Origin: Deinococcales bacterium | GTDB lineage: Bacteria; Deinococcota; Deinococci; Deinococcales; JAAFIG01 | Assembly (NCBI GenBank): GCA_043778225.1 | Contig: JAYWGM010000096.1 | Location: 1-12,901 of the forward strand | DNA length: 12,901 nt | Direction: 5' to 3' | Shown here: positions 9,404-12,901 of the stretch, piece by piece | Layout of the letters: the number at the start of each line of letters is the position of its first letter | Position numbering within the stretch: the first letter of the stretch is position 1 | Position numbers and translations under genes: made by a program | Notes under the pieces: generated by a model | Seen by the model: only the letters and a program-made list of their open reading frames with translations | Database searches by the model: none | Told to the model about the DNA's origin: nothing

Positions 9404-10248
9404 TGAACGTAAAAACTATTTTGTGGCAAGCAATTACACCGATTCATACCGGAGTCGGACAAACCTCGGCTGGAGTGATTGACTTACCAATTGCTCGAGA
9501 AACCGCCACCAATTACCCGATTATTCCAGCCAGCAGTATTAAAGGCGTTATTCGCGACGGGCGTGAAGGACTCGAGGCATATGGATTTGTGAACAAAGAA
9601 ATCGATGAACTTGACGAAAAAGGCAAAAAGAAAAAAATTAGTAAAGCCGCTGACCTCAGTTTTACCGACGCTCGAGTCTTGTGCTTGCCTGTGCGTTCAT
9701 ATAAAGGCACTTACGCACTTTTGACTTGCCCGTTGGTGCTGCAACGATTCGTTCGGGATTTAAGACTATTTGAGCAACAACCAAACTTTTTAAGCATTCC
9801 AAACCCAAAAGAAACCGAAGCATTGGTTTGTGGAGAGACCCTCAGCTTTGAGCAAAAAATCATTCTCGAGGACATAGACCTAGACTCGAGCCAATCTGCG
9901 GAAGCTGAAAGCATTGGCTTACATTTTGCCCAGCAATTATTTACTGACCAAACCGAGCAAAAGATTTTTCGTGAAAGGTTCGCAATAGTCCACAACGATA
10001 TTTTTGCCTTTTTTAGTGAAACCGCCATGGAAGTCAGCGCCCATATTGCACTTGAACCCGAGACAAAAACCGTCAATAAGAAAAAGGGCGCTCTTTGGTA
10101 CGAAGAAGCCATTCCAGCCGAAGCCATCTTCTCGAGCTTTGCGACTTCTACCACGGGTAATTTTAGTGAACTCGAGCAGCAAAACCAAGTGCAAATAGGT
10201 GGAAAAGCCAGTGTCGGACGTGGCTTACTGCGAATGGTGGTGCGCTAA
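9403..10248 (+). CDS. cmr4: Cmr4, type III-B backbone endoribonuclease
   Basis: TPIHTGVG, GVIDLPIARE (catalytic Asp position retained), IPASSIKG, DARVLCLPVRS, LWYEEAIP and QIGGKASVGRG. ATG at 9403 overlaps the cmr3 stop (TAATG). Confidence 0.96.
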   Translation: MNVKTILWQAITPIHTGVGQTSAGVIDLPIARETATNYPIIPASSIKGVIRDGREGLEAYGFVNKEIDELDEKGKKKKISKAADLSFTDARVLCLPVRSYKGTYALLTCPLVLQRFVRDLRLFEQQPNFLSIPNPKETEALVCGETLSFEQKIILEDIDLDSSQSAEAESIGLHFAQQLFTDQTEQKIFRERFAIVHNDIFAFFSETAMEVSAHIALEPETKTVNKKKGALWYEEAIPAEAIFSSFATSTTGNFSELEQQNQVQIGGKASVGRGLLRMVVR

Positions 10249-10634
10249 TGCAAACCAGAGCGCAAAAAGATTTGCAAATGGCTTATGAACTGGTCTCGAG
10301 GGTACAAGAACAATACCCGGACGCTAAAAACGAAACAAAAAGTATTCACTCGCAACTCTGCAAGCAATTCCCAATTATGGTTTTACAAAGTGGTCTGTGT
10401 CAAACACTGGCTTTCCATGCTGACAAAGCCAAAAAAGATGATGCTCGAGCCAAAGCGCATCAAATTATTTTGCAGCACATCGCTCAAATAATGAACGTCG
10501 AAACAGCCTTAACAAGCGTACAAACCTGCGGTGTACTCAAATACATATATTTCACACGCCGAATTCTCGAGGCTTGGGTGTTCTTTAAGCGCTTTGCCGT
10601 CAGTGCGCTCAAGCTTGAAAAAGAGGTGACGTGA
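10248..10634 (+). CDS. cmr5: Cmr5, type III-B small subunit
   Basis: 128 aa helical protein between cmr4 and cmr6, with MQTRAQ, FPIMVLQSGLCQTLAF and WVFFKRFA motifs. Confidence 0.92.
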   Translation: MQTRAQKDLQMAYELVSRVQEQYPDAKNETKSIHSQLCKQFPIMVLQSGLCQTLAFHADKAKKDDARAKAHQIILQHIAQIMNVETALTSVQTCGVLKYIYFTRRILEAWVFFKRFAVSALKLEKEVT

Positions 10635-11608
10635 TGCTTGCACGACGTAAGGATTTACAACAATACGGCTACGGCGACCATGCAGGCTTAGCGCTACAAA
10701 AATTATTAAAACAGCACGACGAAAAAAGCGAATCCGCCAAAGAACTCCTGAATGCCATTGGTCAATTAACCTCGAGTGATGCGTACAAAGCCGCTTTTGA
10801 ACGCTGGAAACTCAACTTGCCTCGGTCTCGGCTCTTGTTGCCTGCCACAACCAACAGCGCCCTAGCGATTGGACTTGGCAATGCCAGCCCAATCGAAGTT
10901 GGCTTAACGATTCATCGGATTTACGGCACACCATACTTGCCCGGCAGTGCGATCAAAGGCTTACTGACTCGAGCCGCCGATGCCCATGGTTTAAGCCCTA
11001 AAGACATAGAAATTTTGTTTGGTACAACCGAAAGCGCCGCGCACATTGTCTACTGGGATGCGATGCTCGAGCCAAGCAGTACAAACCCATACCAGCAAGA
11101 CGTGATAACAGTACATCACCAAAAGTATTACGGTTCGAGCGGCCAAGATGGCTACCCAACAGATTTTGACGACCCAATTCCTGTGGCGTTTTTAAGTGTC
11201 AGACCAAACACCAAATTCTGTGTTGCCCTCTCGAGCAACAGCCAAGGGGCTGAGCCGTGGTTATGGCTGGCAGCCGAATTATTACAATATGCCCTCGAGA
11301 AGATGGGCTTAGGCGGCAAGACCAATTCGGGATATGGGTATTTTGATATGCGCTTGCCCGAAAAGCTAAAAAGTAACACCGAACTTGCCGTTGAGCTTTT
11401 TGACGCAAAAAAAGTCTTGATTTTGCAGATAGATTCTGCCCAAGCCCTGACCAAAGCCGACCCTATTATTGCCGAACTCGAGCGTATTGATCCAAAAATT
11501 CGCCGTTCAACAGTCGAGACTTTGCAAAAGCAACTACAAAGTATAAAGCAATGGAATCTCGAGAAATCTCGGTGTCAGAAAATAGCCGCCATGCTGGAGG
11601 AATTATGA
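10634..11608 (+). CDS. cmr6: Cmr6, type III-B RAMP subunit
   Basis: LAIGLGNASPIEVGLTIHRIYGTPYLPGSAIKG, DVITVHH, PTDFDDPIPVAFL and G-loop GLGGKTNSGYGYF. Start is ATG 10634 (TGATG overlap) or GTG 10631. Confidence 0.95.
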   Translation: MLARRKDLQQYGYGDHAGLALQKLLKQHDEKSESAKELLNAIGQLTSSDAYKAAFERWKLNLPRSRLLLPATTNSALAIGLGNASPIEVGLTIHRIYGTPYLPGSAIKGLLTRAADAHGLSPKDIEILFGTTESAAHIVYWDAMLEPSSTNPYQQDVITVHHQKYYGSSGQDGYPTDFDDPIPVAFLSVRPNTKFCVALSSNSQGAEPWLWLAAELLQYALEKMGLGGKTNSGYGYFDMRLPEKLKSNTELAVELFDAKKVLILQIDSAQALTKADPIIAELERIDPKIRRSTVETLQKQLQSIKQWNLEKSRCQKIAAMLEEL

Positions 11609-12636
11609 GACTGATTATCAACACCGTCGGTACAAGCCTGCTCGGCAACGCCAAACGCCATAACCTCGAGACCGACACAGGAATTCTTGCGTACCTAAAT
11701 CGTGAACCTCGAGCCGCTAGTGCCGAAACCAATGCACTTGACCGTTTGCTTGCACCAAACGACCGTGCCGTGCTGCTTTATAGTCAAACCGTTGAAGGGC
11801 AACGCTGTGCTCAGTTAATTCAAGCTCATGTTCAAAAAACGCATCGCTGCGAAATCGAAGAAGTAAAGGGTTTGAGTTATGCCGAAAAAGGCTTTGTGCA
11901 ACACGGACTTAAAAACTTTGTGCAGATGCTGGCAAAGCATATCCGCGATGCAAAACGCGCCCATCTAGAGCCAATTATCAACGCCACCGGCGGATTCAAA
12001 GCCGAAATTGCTTACGCGACCGCCGTTGGCTTGGTGTTTAAGACTCCGGTTTGTTATATCCACGAAAAGTTTGGCGATATTGTGACCCTACCAGTTACGC
12101 CTTTTGGCTGGGACTCGAGTATTTTTGCACTGCATCAAGATTTTTTTGATTGGATAGATTCCGAGCCGCGCTCGAGCCAAGACGTACAAACTAGGACGGC
12201 AGGCTTGCCCGAAGAAATCAAGATGCTACTCGAGGCTGCCCAAGATGGAACAACCACGCTCTCACCGCTTGGCGAAGCCTACCTGAGTGCTTTTAGGCTT
12301 GAAAAAGAGACAAGCACTATAGAGATTTTGGTCTCGAGAAAAGCACGCCGTGATTGGGATGGTTTTGACCCGAGTACCCAAATAAAATATGCCAATGTTC
12401 TTGAAGCTTTGCGCTTAAAGAATCGCTCTGGTCGGTCTGAAAAGAAAAGCGGTGGCGGAGACGCGTATGGGTATCCGACAGGACATACCGACGAACGTAT
12501 CTTCTATGCCTTTGAAAACAAGGCACTCTACATTTTTGAATTTACCAAACACGGGCGTGACTACGACCAGTTTTGTAGCAATGGCTTACGCTGGCTCGAG
12601 TATCCACGCCAAGAATTTACAAGGTTTGAGCCATGA
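11605..12636 (+). CDS. cami1: CARF-domain (APE2256-type) effector with C-terminal RelE-like ribonuclease domain; Cami1-like
   Basis: CARF motifs INTVGTSLL, ASAETNAL, INATGGFKAE and CYIHEKF. A linker ending in TLSPLGEAY is followed by about 100 aa with a RelE/ParE-like pattern (ILVSRKARRDW...DERIFYAFENKALYIFEFTKHGRDY). Start ATG 11605 has GGAGG at 11596-11600 and an ATGA overlap with cmr6. The CARF call is secure; the RelE call is by eye. Confidence 0.78.
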   Translation: MRLIINTVGTSLLGNAKRHNLETDTGILAYLNREPRAASAETNALDRLLAPNDRAVLLYSQTVEGQRCAQLIQAHVQKTHRCEIEEVKGLSYAEKGFVQHGLKNFVQMLAKHIRDAKRAHLEPIINATGGFKAEIAYATAVGLVFKTPVCYIHEKFGDIVTLPVTPFGWDSSIFALHQDFFDWIDSEPRSSQDVQTRTAGLPEEIKMLLEAAQDGTTTLSPLGEAYLSAFRLEKETSTIEILVSRKARRDWDGFDPSTQIKYANVLEALRLKNRSGRSEKKSGGGDAYGYPTGHTDERIFYAFENKALYIFEFTKHGRDYDQFCSNGLRWLEYPRQEFTRFEP

Positions 12637-12901
12637 ACGAACCCTCTCAGATTCCGCTCTCGAGCCTGATGCACTACGCTTACTGCCCGCGCCGTTGTGC
12701 TTTGATTCACCTCGAGAACATCTGGGAGGACAACGAATACACCGCCAAAGGTACACGCAACCACACGAAAGCCGATGAACCCACGGTCGAACTGCTCGAG
12801 GGCGTCCGCATCGAACGGGCATTGCCACTCTTTAGCGATGCGCTCGAGTTAAGCGGTCGTGCCGATGTGGTCGAGTTTCTGCCCGACGGCACACCGTTTC
12901 C
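12633..12901 (+). CDS. cas4: Cas4, type I-C adaptation nuclease (5' part; truncated by window end)
   Basis: Absent from the ORF track; translated manually from ATG 12633: MNEPSQIPLSSLMHYAYCPRRCALIHLENIWEDNEYTAKG...ERALPLFSDALELSGRADVVEF. Has the first Fe-S Cys (YCPR) and the RecB motif G-x-A-D-V-V-E. ATGA overlap with the upstream gene. Confidence 0.95.
   Translation, partial: MNEPSQIPLSSLMHYAYCPRRCALIHLENIWEDNEYTAKGTRNHTKADEPTVELLEGVRIERALPLFSDALELSGRADVVEFLPDGTPF

Larger units (their letters stand above)
44..12848. repeat. Dispersed, highly iterated 6-bp palindrome CTCGAG (about 80 copies)
   Basis: Manual count about 82, e.g. at 44, 138, 332, 355, 393, 579, 778, 915, 1005 ... 12595, 12659, 12711, 12795, 12843. 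About 3 are expected for a random hexamer in 12.9 kb. Confidence 0.9.

Noticed and set aside
11551..11604. Longer N-terminus for the CARF protein; likewise track starts at 63, 2273 and 9385
   Set aside because: Downstream starts (11605, 69, 2297, 9403) have better RBS or stop-start coupling and coincide with the family N-terminal motifs.
5620..12664. CTCGAG sites near both cassette junctions (5620; 12595 and 12659) as recombination points
   Set aside because: At about 1 site per 160 bp such proximity is expected by chance, and there is no longer flanking repeat.
32..12892. Many 60-161 aa antisense and alternate-frame ORFs in the track (e.g. 422-907, 8857-9243, 9711-10154, 12452-12778)
   Set aside because: They lie within well-supported cas genes and have no recognisable motifs; they are most likely shadow ORFs. 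12452-12778 straddles the effector gene and the true cas4 frame.
1..12901. CRISPR array or leader
   Set aside because: No regularly spaced 25-40 bp repeats were seen, and the window is almost entirely coding (largest gap 32 bp, 2265-2296).

Overview
The whole window is one tightly packed + strand CRISPR-Cas operon with no array inside the window. It is a chimera. A complete type I-C interference module (cas3-cas5c-cas8c-cas7c) is followed 1 bp later by a complete type III-B module (cmr1-cas10/cmr2-cmr3-cmr4-cmr5-cmr6) and a CARF + RelE-like effector gene (Cami1-like). The I-C order then resumes with cas4, which is cut off by the window edge. The III-B cassette therefore sits inside the I-C operon at the cas7/cas4 junction, translationally coupled on both sides, with no cas6 in view. 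cas8c carries an internal RBS + in-frame ATG predicting a hidden Cas11c. Cas10 is very compact (487 aa), lacks the HD nuclease and Zn-finger cysteines, and keeps GGDD. Separately, the palindrome CTCGAG occurs about 80 times (manual count) against about 3 expected, in all three codon phases. All protein calls come from motif recognition by eye, not from database searches.
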